Shown here: positions 51,690 through 61,072 of the stretch, piece after piece
How positions within the stretch are numbered: the first letter of the stretch is position 1
Layout of the letters: every line of letters starts with the position of its first letter
Assembly: GCA_965279375.1 (NCBI GenBank)
Contig: OZ257156.1
Coordinates: 640,001 to 704,000 of the forward strand
DNA length: 64,000 nucleotides
Direction: 5' to 3'
Origin: Gemmatimonas sp.
Lineage (GTDB): Bacteria > Gemmatimonadota > Gemmatimonadetes > Gemmatimonadales > Gemmatimonadaceae
The notes under the pieces: generated by a model
The model's input: the letters and a program-made list of their open reading frames with translations, nothing else
Told to the model about the DNA's origin: nothing
Database searches by the model: none
Made by a program: the position numbers and the translations under genes

Positions 51690-52184
51690 GTGGTCGCCGC
51701 CCCTGTCGTATTCTATCCCGGAGCCCCCGTGCGCAGTTCCCGTTCTCTGCCCCACGCTGCGGTTTCTGTGCGTGCGACCGTCCGCGTCGCTGTCATCCTC
51801 GTCGGCCTGACAGCGATGGCGCTCGTCGCGCCGAGCCGACTGTCGGCGCAGTCCACCAAGGAAATCGGCAAGACCTCCACTGGCGATCCGGTCTTTCTGG
51901 AGCTCAAGTCGGTCAAGCGCGACAAGGGGATCATCACCGCCAGCATCCGGGCGCGTTTTGCCAAGCCGACCAAGGCGCCGATGGGCGACCTCTACTCGTC
52001 GCGGACCATTGCCATGTTCGACTGCGCCAAGAACGTGGTGGCCGTGAAGGAGAACTGGTACTTCCTGGACCAGGAGGGCAAGAAGATCGGCAACCATCGC
52101 GTGGTCGGCATTCCGGGCTATGGCCCCGCGTTCAAGGGCTCCGTCCCCGACATCGCCATGACCTACCTCTGCGCCGCCAAGTAG
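51690..52184 (+). CDS. Secreted hypothetical protein (surface-adhesin-E-like)
   Basis: Signal peptide ending LSAQ, FDCAKN...YLC cysteine pair. True start may be the later GTG at 51768. Confidence 0.65.
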   Translation: MVAAPVVFYPGAPVRSSRSLPHAAVSVRATVRVAVILVGLTAMALVAPSRLSAQSTKEIGKTSTGDPVFLELKSVKRDKGIITASIRARFAKPTKAPMGDLYSSRTIAMFDCAKNVVAVKENWYFLDQEGKKIGNHRVVGIPGYGPAFKGSVPDIAMTYLCAAK

Positions 52185-52206
52185 CGACGCAGCCCGAGTA
52201 GCAGGC

Positions 52207-53691
52207 CTAACGACGCGTCGCCGGCGCGCCACCCGCGGCGCGAACGGTGAGTGCCTTGCCCGCATAGCGCGCCGGGCTGACGCTGCGGACGCGTGTCGCC
52301 ACGCGAGTCGTTCCCGTGGGAACGATGACTTCGACGTCCACGGCGGCCATGGTGCGGAGCCCCACGTGCACCGGCATGTCGCTCTGCGCGTTGTAGCCGG
52401 AGCCGGCGTCCACGAGGCGCGTGGCGAGCAATCGCCGAGTGCCTGCGGCATACACGCGCACTTCAGCACCCGCGCGCGTGGCACGCCCATTGGCATCGAG
52501 CACACGAATCTGCAGCGAGCGACGCGCCACGGCGGCCGGGAGCGCATTGCGCAGCAGTGCGTGCGTGGCATCGGCGCGTGAGCCCGCCAACGCGAGATCG
52601 AGTGCACCATCGCCGTCCACGTCGGCCCACTGCACACCGTGGCTCGACTGCAGCGCGAGGATATTCGCGGGCGTGACATCGGCGTATGCGCTTCCCGACT
52701 GATGAAGCAGATAGTCGCGAAAGCTCTCCGTCGCGGAGACGGTACCGTTCACGTACAGGTCGAGCAGGCCGTCGTTATCGATGTCGGCGAAGGCGCAGGT
52801 GTCGTAGTGTCCATCGATGGCCACGCCCCAACTCGCACTGACGTCGTCGAACGCGCCACCATCGCGTCCGAGAAAGAGACCGTTCGGTCCGTAGTTGGCG
52901 GAGAACAGGTCGAAGCGACCGTCATTGTTCACGTCGGCAACGCACGGACGCACCGTGCCACTGGTTGCGACGCGCGGCGCACGCCCACCCCACGCCAGTC
53001 CAACGGAGTCGGCGATGTCGGTGAAGCGGCCGCCGTCGTTGCGAAAGAATCCGTTCGCATCGCCGTCCTGATTGGCGACGTAGAGATCGAAGTCCCCGTC
53101 CTGCTGATAGTCGAACCAGACCGCGCCGACGCTCTTGCGCGTGTCGGCGAGGCCGACCGAGGGCGCGATGTCGGTGAAGACGCCAGCATCATTGCGATAG
53201 AGCGCATTGGCGCGATCGCGAAAGGCCACGAACAAATCCAGATCGCCGTCGCCGTCAACATCAATGAACACCGGCTGACGCACCGCACCCGTCGCAACGA
53301 TGAGCCCCGACGCATCGGTGATGTCGGCAAAGTGCCCCGCATCGTTGCGATAGAGTCGCAGAACGGGTCCGGCCCCAGGCGCAAAACCAATCAGCAGGTC
53401 GGGGTCACCGTCGGCATCCACGTCACTCCACGCCGCAGCACGCGTCGCGCGCGCATCCGAAACGCCAGCCGCTGCTGCGATCTCGCGAAAGACGCCACCG
53501 CGATTCTCGTAGAGCCGATTGGGCGCGCCGTTGAAGCCAACGAAAAGATCGAGGTCGCCATCGCCGTCGATGTCGGCGAACGCATTCGACAGCGTACCAC
53601 CGGTCGAAAAGAGTTCGGGCTGCAGCGGAACGAACGCCGGCGGCGCCGCGAGCAGCACGACGACGCCGAGCGCCTGACAGAGCGATCGCAC
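52207..53691 (-). CDS. CRTAC1-like FG-GAP repeat protein with ASPIC/UnbV C-domain
   Basis: Multiple D-x-D-G-D-G-D-x-D repeats and C-terminal GSGYNAQS..VHVGL. Start placed at GTG 53691 (the ORF continues in frame to 53826 through an IS remnant). Confidence 0.88.
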   Translation of the reverse strand: MRSLCQALGVVVLLAAPPAFVPLQPELFSTGGTLSNAFADIDGDGDLDLFVGFNGAPNRLYENRGGVFREIAAAAGVSDARATRAAAWSDVDADGDPDLLIGFAPGAGPVLRLYRNDAGHFADITDASGLIVATGAVRQPVFIDVDGDGDLDLFVAFRDRANALYRNDAGVFTDIAPSVGLADTRKSVGAVWFDYQQDGDFDLYVANQDGDANGFFRNDGGRFTDIADSVGLAWGGRAPRVATSGTVRPCVADVNNDGRFDLFSANYGPNGLFLGRDGGAFDDVSASWGVAIDGHYDTCAFADIDNDGLLDLYVNGTVSATESFRDYLLHQSGSAYADVTPANILALQSSHGVQWADVDGDGALDLALAGSRADATHALLRNALPAAVARRSLQIRVLDANGRATRAGAEVRVYAAGTRRLLATRLVDAGSGYNAQSDMPVHVGLRTMAAVDVEVIVPTGTTRVATRVRSVSPARYAGKALTVRAAGGAPATRR

Positions 53692-53757
53692 GCGGCGACC
53701 AGTTGAGCTCGCCCCGCTTCGGTGGAGCCTCCATCGCTGCGTGAGAGGCGCTGTCCG

Positions 53758-53875
53758 CGACGCCCCGTCGTCCCACTGCTTTAACGCCGCCATGATTCGA
53801 GCCTCCGTGAACAAACTCTTCCGCATGTGTCCGCCTCAAACTGCGACAAACATGCACTTTCGAGCGGGGACTCGC
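53758..53875 (-). mobile_element. IS3-family transposase OrfA 5' remnant with probable left end
   Basis: MRKSLFTEARIMAALKQWDDGAS resembles IS3/IS407 OrfA starts (MKKSRFTEEQII.LKQ). It has its own SD GAGGCGG; similarity ends after about 23 codons. Confidence 0.65.
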
Positions 53876-54028
53876 GAGGCAACGATAGGAGGCCTATACT
53901 CTGCGCATTGCCATTGAAATTCCGCTCCTGCCGTCAGAGGTCAGCCGCCGGTTCATTCGTAGCGGATGACCTTGCAAACGGCGGCTCGCAGAGTCCTGCG
54001 ACCCCACTCGTCGCTGTGAGGTGCTGCA

Positions 54029-57000
54029 ATGATCTCCTTTCGCATCGATGGTTTCGTTGGCGTTGCCGAAACCCGTGTGCCGCTACCGGGGCTTTTCCTG
54101 AAGGCCTACGACAAGGATCTGATCTTCGATGATGTGCTCGGCTCCGCCGTCAGCGACGCGCAGGGGCGTTTCTCGATCGTCACGGAGTTGCGCGACTTTC
54201 GCGAGTTCTTCGACGCACAGCCCGACGTCTACCTGAAGGTCTTCGACCGTGCCGGCGGCCGGCTGCTCTACTCGACTGAAAACCGCACACGCTGGAACGT
54301 GGGGCGCTCCGAGTTCTTCGAGCTGCTGCTGCCTCGCGATGTATTCGGCGGCGACGGCGGGCGGCCGGAACTGCAACTGGTTGATGAGCGCGGCGCGCCG
54401 CGCATCGACTACGACGCCGGCGAGTCGATCACCATCGCGTTGCGCGGCTTGGCCGCCGTCCGCAGCCATGACGTGACGCTGCTCGACGGCGATCGACCCC
54501 TGTTCACGAGCACGCTGCTCACTGACGCCAACGGCGAGATCGAACCCACGGTCTTGTGGCCGCAGTTCGGCCTCGTGGATCTGGTGAGTGGAACGCGCTA
54601 CACGGTCGATGAAGCGCAGCGCCTCTGGCAGGGACGCCGGCTCGGTCTGCAGGTGCGAGCCGAGGGCAAACTGCTGCTCGAGACGACGGTCCCTGTGGCC
54701 GAAGCCGCCTCACGCGCGGTGCTGATGAACGCAGACCACGACGGTCGCGTGCGCAACGGCTTCGAAATCGGCGACGAAGACGCCATCCTCGCCGCGTATC
54801 GACTGCCGTTCGTGGGCACGGCACGGATCTATCTGGTGCAAAGGCAGATCGGCTGGTTTCCCGGCGACCTCTTCGAGCCGGTGACGCTCGTGAGCGGGCG
54901 TGCCGCGTACGCCGACGCGGTGGTCCGGCCCGACGGCGCGCTGCTGCAACGCGTAGCCGAGGCCACAGAGCTTCTGCCCGGTGCCTACGACTACATCGTG
55001 CGCCCGTTGCGTTATGGCTGGGAAGACGACGAAGACTTCGTGCTGCGAGCGACCGACTTCGCGACCCACCTCAACACCGGGCTGGTCGTGCGCTGGAAGT
55101 TCATGTCGTGGAAGGCCGTACTCGGCGGCTGCACCAACACCCAGAGCATCAGCGGGCGGACCGTCTCCGGCGCACCGTACTTTCAGTTCGCCGATACCTT
55201 CGAGTTGGGCGAGAACATCTACGGCGCGCTCGACCCGAGCGCTTTGATGCCGGGGCAGAAGGGCAAGATGGTCGCGCTCTATGTCGTCAAGCGCCCGGTG
55301 GCCGACTACACCAACCTCGCCCATCTGCCGCAACTCGGCGGCAACGCGGCCGTGCAGAAGTTCCTCACCCAGACCGATTGCATCAACCACAACAAGCGGC
55401 TGCTCTGGCCGAACGCCAACGAAGAAGGCGAGTACGACATCGTCGCCGACTTCGGCAACGACAGCCCGGACCCGATGGCCTTCGTGTCGGATCAGGCCTT
55501 CAACGAGCCGCTGGACCTGGTCGATGGCAAGCTCGTGGCGGGTTTCCGCATCGTGCGCGACCCGGGCACCGCGACGAACCCCGCCATCGCGCATGTTGGC
55601 TCGCACGACTACGACCAATCCACGCAAGGCACAATCACGGTCGCCGATCCACAGGCTGACATCCTTTCTCCGGTCACCGTGAACCTGATCGCCGAGGTGC
55701 GCTTTCCGGCCGATCAGCCCGGCGTCACGAACCCAGCGCTCGCCAGCAGTGCGCAGCCGAGCTATCCGCTGATTGTGTGTGTGCACGGCAACGGGCACGT
55801 GTTCGGCAACTACACCTATCTGCTCGAACACTGGGCGCGCAACGGTTTCATCGTCGCCAGCATCCACCTGAACACCGGGATGGCAGGCGAAGGGCGCGCA
55901 CGCGTGCTGTTCAAGCACATCGAGATCCTGAAGGCCAAGTTCGGCACGCGCCTACAGGACAACATCGGCATCATGGGTCACAGCCGCGGCGGCGAAGGCG
56001 TGGTCTCGGCGGCGCGGCTGAACAAGGCGCCCGGACCAGAGCACGGCATCAATGCGATCATTTCGCTGGCGCCAACCGACCAGTACACCAACGAGTCACT
56101 CGCCGGTGCTTGGGCGACACCGTTCCTGGTCATGCACGGCGCCATGGACGGCGACGTGGCCGATCCCGGCTTCATGGGCTTCTCACTTTACGACCGCGCG
56201 AACGGCGAGCCAAAGAGCATGCTCTGGCTCTACGGCGCCAACCACAATCGCTTCAACGAGGTGAGTCCCGACGCTGACCTCTCCTTCGGCAAACTGAGCC
56301 CGGCAAGCGACTTCCCGAAGATCATGCAGCAGGCCGCCCACAGGACCACTGCCCAAGCGTACATGACAGCCTTCTTCCGCTGGCACCTGCAAGGCGCCGG
56401 TGAGTTCCAGGGCCTGTTCAAGGGCGAGTGGGTGCCGTCGTCGGTGGCGCAGGCGGAGCCGACCCTGAACAAGATCTACGTGCAGTACGGCGACAAGACC
56501 AAGCTCGAGATCGACAATTTCGAGCAGACGCCGCACAACTGGCAGATACCGACGGCGGCCGGCACCGTATCCGACGGCGGCACGCTGCCGGCGCCGCCGC
56601 AGGAGGACCGGCTCTCGATCCTCGATTCGCAGTCGCCGCACGACACGAGCGGCTTGCTGCTGCGCTGGAACGACTTCGGCGACAAGCTCGAATACACGCC
56701 CGCCGCGCCGATCAACGCGAGCGCGTTTTCGGTCATCTCCTTCCGTGCCGGTCAGAAGGTGGGTAGCGCAGAGAACGCCGCCGGCCAGGTGCAGGACTTG
56801 TACGTGACACTCAAGGACGCCGCCAACAAGAGCCGTTCGATCCGCGTCGATGCCTTCGGCAAAATCCCGCCGCAACAGCAGCGCGGCTTCGGACAGTTCA
56901 CCCTCTCGGCGATGTCCACGATCCGTGTACCGCTGCATGTCTATCGCACCGAGGTCATCAACACGCAGAAGGTCGACCTGACCCAGATCACCGCCATCGC

Positions 57001-57064
57001 GTTTGACTTCAAGGTGCGCGCCAAGGGCGAGGTCGCGATCGACAGCATCGAGTTCAGCAACTGA
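54029..57064 (+). CDS. Large multidomain alpha/beta hydrolase (transthyretin-like N-domain, Ig-like repeats, GHSRGG hydrolase, CBM-like C-domain)
   Basis: VCVHGN oxyanion region, GHSRGG (Ser652), HGAMDGDV, GANHN. SD GAGGTG. No signal peptide. Confidence 0.85.
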   Translation: MISFRIDGFVGVAETRVPLPGLFLKAYDKDLIFDDVLGSAVSDAQGRFSIVTELRDFREFFDAQPDVYLKVFDRAGGRLLYSTENRTRWNVGRSEFFELLLPRDVFGGDGGRPELQLVDERGAPRIDYDAGESITIALRGLAAVRSHDVTLLDGDRPLFTSTLLTDANGEIEPTVLWPQFGLVDLVSGTRYTVDEAQRLWQGRRLGLQVRAEGKLLLETTVPVAEAASRAVLMNADHDGRVRNGFEIGDEDAILAAYRLPFVGTARIYLVQRQIGWFPGDLFEPVTLVSGRAAYADAVVRPDGALLQRVAEATELLPGAYDYIVRPLRYGWEDDEDFVLRATDFATHLNTGLVVRWKFMSWKAVLGGCTNTQSISGRTVSGAPYFQFADTFELGENIYGALDPSALMPGQKGKMVALYVVKRPVADYTNLAHLPQLGGNAAVQKFLTQTDCINHNKRLLWPNANEEGEYDIVADFGNDSPDPMAFVSDQAFNEPLDLVDGKLVAGFRIVRDPGTATNPAIAHVGSHDYDQSTQGTITVADPQADILSPVTVNLIAEVRFPADQPGVTNPALASSAQPSYPLIVCVHGNGHVFGNYTYLLEHWARNGFIVASIHLNTGMAGEGRARVLFKHIEILKAKFGTRLQDNIGIMGHSRGGEGVVSAARLNKAPGPEHGINAIISLAPTDQYTNESLAGAWATPFLVMHGAMDGDVADPGFMGFSLYDRANGEPKSMLWLYGANHNRFNEVSPDADLSFGKLSPASDFPKIMQQAAHRTTAQAYMTAFFRWHLQGAGEFQGLFKGEWVPSSVAQAEPTLNKIYVQYGDKTKLEIDNFEQTPHNWQIPTAAGTVSDGGTLPAPPQEDRLSILDSQSPHDTSGLLLRWNDFGDKLEYTPAAPINASAFSVISFRAGQKVGSAENAAGQVQDLYVTLKDAANKSRSIRVDAFGKIPPQQQRGFGQFTLSAMSTIRVPLHVYRTEVINTQKVDLTQITAIAFDFKVRAKGEVAIDSIEFSN

Positions 57065-57101
57065 ACGGCAATCCAGCCGTCACCCTCTGGAGGACACGAC
57101 C

Positions 57102-57500
57102 GTGTTCGCGAACCTCATCCGCTATCCGATCGAAAGCGACCTGCTGCACTGGGAGGCCAAGGTCGTCGTGCGCGACAACGACAGTAAGCCGAGCTTGTAT
57201 CTGCGTCTCAAGCTGACGGGCACCGCGTTCCCGATCATGGACTCGCTGCCGTTCGTGCGCATCGGCGGCGTGCGTGCGCGCTTTGTCGAAATCGCCGACG
57301 ACCGTGCCTCGGTCAAGGCCTACTTCGAGACGGCACCACCCGGCCGGGGCCGCGTCGAGTTTGGCTACGATGAACGTGCCCTGCTGCGCTTCCCACGTGC
57401 CTATGCGCGCGCCTCCGTGGAGCGGCTCGACGAAGCGCGTCTGCCCGCGGCCCTGCGCTATCAGGGACGTCTGCTCGGCGGCGCGCGGCGACCCGATTGA
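57102..57500 (+). CDS. Hypothetical beta-rich partner protein
   Basis: GTG start with SD GGAGG, 37 nt after the hydrolase stop; 132 aa. Confidence 0.75.
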   Translation: MFANLIRYPIESDLLHWEAKVVVRDNDSKPSLYLRLKLTGTAFPIMDSLPFVRIGGVRARFVEIADDRASVKAYFETAPPGRGRVEFGYDERALLRFPRAYARASVERLDEARLPAALRYQGRLLGGARRPD

Positions 57501-57589
57501 GGTTTGGGACCGAGCTAGCGTTCGGCGGAAGACGCGCGCGACACAGCGCAATACAGCGCAACAGATCGCGCTGAGCGTGTCGCGTCGCC

Positions 57590-58065
57590 CTAAGCGTCGC
57601 CCAGCCGCTCTCCTTCATCTCCACCTTCCCCTGCACGTCGGAATGCTGCCACCGCCGCGACGATGGCCGTCCGGCGCGCGGCGTCTGTGCGCCACAGCGC
57701 GTACACATGGCGTGTGAGCGCTGGCTCCACGCACACGACACGCACGCTGTCGGGAACCGCGCCGCGCCCGAGCCGCGGCAAGACCGCCACGCCAAGACCG
57801 GCGCCGACGAGCGAGAGCTGCGTCGCCTACTCCAACGCGAAGTGCTGCACGCGCGGTTCGCGCCCGCGTGCGCAAAGCGTCTGCATCAACCAATCGTGGC
57901 AGATCGATCCGTCCTGCCAGGAAATCCACGCCTCGCCCGCCAGATCGGTCAGCGAGACAGTCCCGATCGACGCCAACGAATGCCCCTGCGGCAGCGCGAC
58001 AGCGGCGATGTCATCGTACACCGGCGTTCGCCCGAGGCAATCCGGCACCGACAACGGCCGGTACT
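57590..58065 (-). pseudogene. LysR regulator remnant (substrate-binding domain only, internal TAG)
   Basis: VALPQGHSLA..VSLTDLAGEAWI...HFALE*ATQLSLVGAGLGVAVLPRLG. Stop at 57827-57829; HTH absent. Confidence 0.8.
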
Positions 58066-58476
58066 GCACGCGCAGCATCTGTCGGTGACGCCAACGTCGC
58101 CACTTCGCCCGAACCAGCCGGGGTCGGCCGTCAAGCCGGAGACGGCGCCGCAGGCGGGTGAGCCGATCTTCCAGAAGTCCGTGAACAGCGCATTCATCGG
58201 GACCACCCTGGAGGCGCATCTCCGTGCGAACCACCTGCAGCAACTCGTGATTGTCGGTCTCACCCGGATCACTGCGTCTCGACCACCACGCGCATGGCCG
58301 CAAACCTGGGCTTCACTGCGACTGTCGTGTCGGATGCGACCGCCACGCATGACCGTCACGGTCCCGATGGCGAGCGCCTCGTCGCCGACGACGTGCATCG
58401 CTTTGCGCTGGCCAGTTTGCATGGCGAGTTCGCGGATGTGCGAACGACCGCCGAGGTCCTCGCCAGCTTGGTCTGA
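58066..58476 (+). pseudogene. Isochorismatase/cysteine hydrolase remnant (5'-truncated, frameshifted)
   Basis: HAQHLS..SPLRP...KSVNSAFIGT...VIVGLT, then a frame change near 58265 to DHCVSTTTRMAANLGF...SDATATH...LHGEFA. Confidence 0.82.
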
Positions 58477-58555
58477 CCGTGACCGCTCTGACGCGGCGTG
58501 TGAGGCAGCGGGTCGACAGACTAGTCGCCGACGGGGCTTTGGCGTAGCATCGAGC

Positions 58556-59452
58556 GTGCCCGAGCTCCCGGATATCACCGTCTATCAGGACGCACTCACG
58601 CGCCGAGTCGTTGGCCAGACGCTGACGCAGCTGCACGTTGCCAATCCGTTCGTGCTCCGCTCGGTCGAGCCACCGCTCTCGGCGTTTCTCGAGCGCGCGG
58701 TCACAGGCGTCGAGCGACTTGGGAAGCGATTGGTGCTGGCGTTCGACGACGGTGCCGCTGAGCATGCGCAGTTCCTCGTCATTCACCTGATGATCGCGGG
58801 ACGACTGCGCTGGTTGGCGCCGGGCAAGAAGGCGCCGGCCAAGCTGGGGCTGGCCACGTTCGTGTTCGATCACGGCTCGTTCGTGCTCACCGAAGCAGGC
58901 TCGAAACGACGCGCCTCACTCACCGCCGTCTCCGGGCGCAGCGCGCTCGCGGCGATGGAACGTGGTGGCCTCGACGTCTTCGCGTCGTCGGACGCTGCAC
59001 TGATTGCGCGACTGCGAAGCGAGAATCACACGCTCAAGCGCGCGCTCACCGATCCGCGACTGTTCGACGGCATCGGTAACGCGTACTCGGACGAAATCCT
59101 GCACGCGGCGCGGCTCTCACCGCTGATGCTCACCTCGCGACTGGACGACGAGACCGCAGCGCGACTGATCGACGCCACGCGCGACACGCTTACGAAGTGG
59201 ATCGCACTGCTGCGCGACGAAGTGGGCGACGGTTGGCCAGAGAAAGTCACCGCCTTTCGCCCGGAGATGGCGGTGCACGGCCGATTTGAGTTGCCCTGTC
59301 CCGTCTGCAACGCGCCAGTGCAGCGCATTCGCTATGCGGACAACGAAACGAACTACTGCGCGCGCTGCCAAACCAACGGGGTGCGCCTCGCCGACCGCGC
59401 CATGTCGCGCCTGCTCAAGAGTGACTGGCCGCGTTCACTCGATGAGCTGTAA
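58556..59452 (+). CDS. Fpg/Nei family DNA glycosylase
   Basis: (M)PELPD N-terminus, GKRL, HLMIAG, GIGNAYSDE, zinc finger CPVC...CARCQ. Confidence 0.92.
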   Translation: MPELPDITVYQDALTRRVVGQTLTQLHVANPFVLRSVEPPLSAFLERAVTGVERLGKRLVLAFDDGAAEHAQFLVIHLMIAGRLRWLAPGKKAPAKLGLATFVFDHGSFVLTEAGSKRRASLTAVSGRSALAAMERGGLDVFASSDAALIARLRSENHTLKRALTDPRLFDGIGNAYSDEILHAARLSPLMLTSRLDDETAARLIDATRDTLTKWIALLRDEVGDGWPEKVTAFRPEMAVHGRFELPCPVCNAPVQRIRYADNETNYCARCQTNGVRLADRAMSRLLKSDWPRSLDEL

Positions 59453-59464
59453 CGCGCTGATCGA

Positions 59465-59923
59465 CTATCGGATCTCCAGCGCCGCCTGCGCCGCCGTGAG
59501 CTCCGCTCCACCAAAGTCGATCACGGCATAGAGCACGTACGCCCCTTTCGCGAGCGTCGGCATGGCGACGCGCATCTTCCGCACCTTCCCCGCGGCGACC
59601 GAGGCACTGTCGAGCGGAATCGCCAGCAACAGTTCGTCGTCCGCACCGCGCACCTGCACTTCGCCAAAAATCTCTACAGCCTTGCGACCTGTGTTGGCGA
59701 AGATGACTTCGAGCGAGTCGCCCTTCACGTACATGTCTCGCACCTCGCCGTCGACGGTCGAGTCGGCCCCGATGCGCGCGACCGCCCGCGATGGCACCGT
59801 CACAGACTGCCGTGTTGGCGCGGGGGGCGCGGCGTGGGCTGCATGCGCCGGCAACACGAGGGCTACGAGGCCGGCGACGACGGCGGCGATGAGGGCCGCG
59901 GACACGGAGGGGTATGGGCGCAT
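59465..59923 (-). CDS. Secreted hypothetical Ig-like protein
   Basis: Signal peptide; beta-rich ending LAKGAYVLYAVIDFGG...LEIR. Confidence 0.7.
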   Translation of the reverse strand: MRPYPSVSAALIAAVVAGLVALVLPAHAAHAAPPAPTRQSVTVPSRAVARIGADSTVDGEVRDMYVKGDSLEVIFANTGRKAVEIFGEVQVRGADDELLLAIPLDSASVAAGKVRKMRVAMPTLAKGAYVLYAVIDFGGAELTAAQAALEIR

Positions 59924-60157
59924 GCCAAGCACTGATGGAACTCTGATGCCAGCGCGGCGCGCCACACGGAGTGGAGCGGCTGTTATGCCAGCGGCCCTCC
60001 TCAAGCCCCCGTCCGTTGCAACGCAAGCTTGCACTGTCACGATTCAATTGCTCGAGCTCGCCACAGTTCGCGCTCGATGTCTCGGGAATTGCAACACTGA
60101 TGCACCGCCCCCACAAACCAGCGCCACAGGCGCGAAACGCGGACCATATTTCGCCGC

Positions 60158-60709
60158 ATGACTGATATCACGGTGATCCCGGTGAACTCCCCGGACGACA
60201 TCATTCCGCCCTACCGCGGGACGCCCTTCGAGGAACTCCTCGCCTATCACAACCTCGGCGCGCCGCAGCCCGAGACGACGGGCTCCGCGCGCATGCTCAT
60301 CGTCGCGTGCATGGACAACCGGAAGGAGCTCCATATCCCGCCCGAGTTCGCGTACGTCATTCGCACCGCCGGCGCCAATATCACCGACTCCGAGTTCTCG
60401 ATTTCGTACGCCATCTCGGTGGGCGGTGTGCGACACATCGCGGTGATCGCACACACGCACTGCGGCATGGCGCACGTCGACGAAAAGCGCGATGCGGTCA
60501 TTGCGGGCCTGGTGGAGCATGCCGCGTGGACAGAGGCCGATGCGTCCGCGCACTTCGACGCGCACGTGTCGCACTACCACGTCGGCGATCCCGCGGAGTT
60601 CGCCCTCAGCGAAGCAGTGCGCCTCGACGCGATGTATCCGCCGATCCGCGTGGCCCCGTTTCTCTACAGCGTGGAAGACGATCGCCTGTCGATCCTGCTC
60701 GCGCGATAG
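60158..60709 (+). CDS. Beta-class carbonic anhydrase
   Basis: CMDNR (CxDxR) and HTHCGM (HxxC) zinc ligands; RTAGAN. Confidence 0.9.
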   Translation: MTDITVIPVNSPDDIIPPYRGTPFEELLAYHNLGAPQPETTGSARMLIVACMDNRKELHIPPEFAYVIRTAGANITDSEFSISYAISVGGVRHIAVIAHTHCGMAHVDEKRDAVIAGLVEHAAWTEADASAHFDAHVSHYHVGDPAEFALSEAVRLDAMYPPIRVAPFLYSVEDDRLSILLAR

Positions 60710-60742
60710 CTTCGAGATAGCGACGAGATAGCAACGAGAAAG

Positions 60743-60955
60743 CTAGGCCTTCTTGAGGAACTCGGTCTTGAGGACGAGTCCCTTCACCTTCTCGGCGTTG
60801 CACTCGATGGCGTCGTCATCATCGGTGACACGGATGTTCTTGATCAGCGTACCGCGCTTGAGCGTGACCGAGGTGCCTTTGACCTTGAGATCCTTGATCA
60901 CGGTGACGGAATCGCCATCGGCGAGCGTGTTGCCGTTGCTGTCCTTCGGAGCCAT
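60743..60955 (-). CDS. Short PhnA/YjdM-family protein (C-terminal domain only)
   Basis: KDSNGNTLADGDSVTVIKDLKVKG...LKTEFLKKA. Lacks the Zn ribbon. Confidence 0.88.
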   Translation of the reverse strand: MAPKDSNGNTLADGDSVTVIKDLKVKGTSVTLKRGTLIKNIRVTDDDDAIECNAEKVKGLVLKTEFLKKA

Positions 60956-61072
60956 GCGGAGTCCTTGCCGGAGAATCGCGACGCCGTGGTGAGTTGGTGC
61001 GCGACGCGTATCGCAACCTAGTGGTCCCTGACGCGAAACCCCAGCGGCAAGAACCTGACATCGAATGAGACG

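Noticed and set aside
57530..57586. Imperfect hairpin with ACAGCGCAA x2 after the partner gene
   Set aside because: Could be a terminator between convergent genes but has no U-tract; too weak to call.
57827..57829. In-frame TAG as programmed readthrough or pyrrolysine
   Set aside because: The gene is also 5'-truncated and its neighbour is frameshifted; simple decay explains it.
57707..59452. 581-aa ORF as a novel isochorismatase-Fpg fusion
   Set aside because: Fpg needs its N-terminal Pro (GTG-PELPD at 58556); the upstream part is antisense LysR plus a frameshifted pseudogene.
60703..60743. Short 11-nt-period repeat (CGAGATAGC-like x3-4) between convergent genes
   Set aside because: Short and imperfect, with no supportable function; at most a small local duplication.
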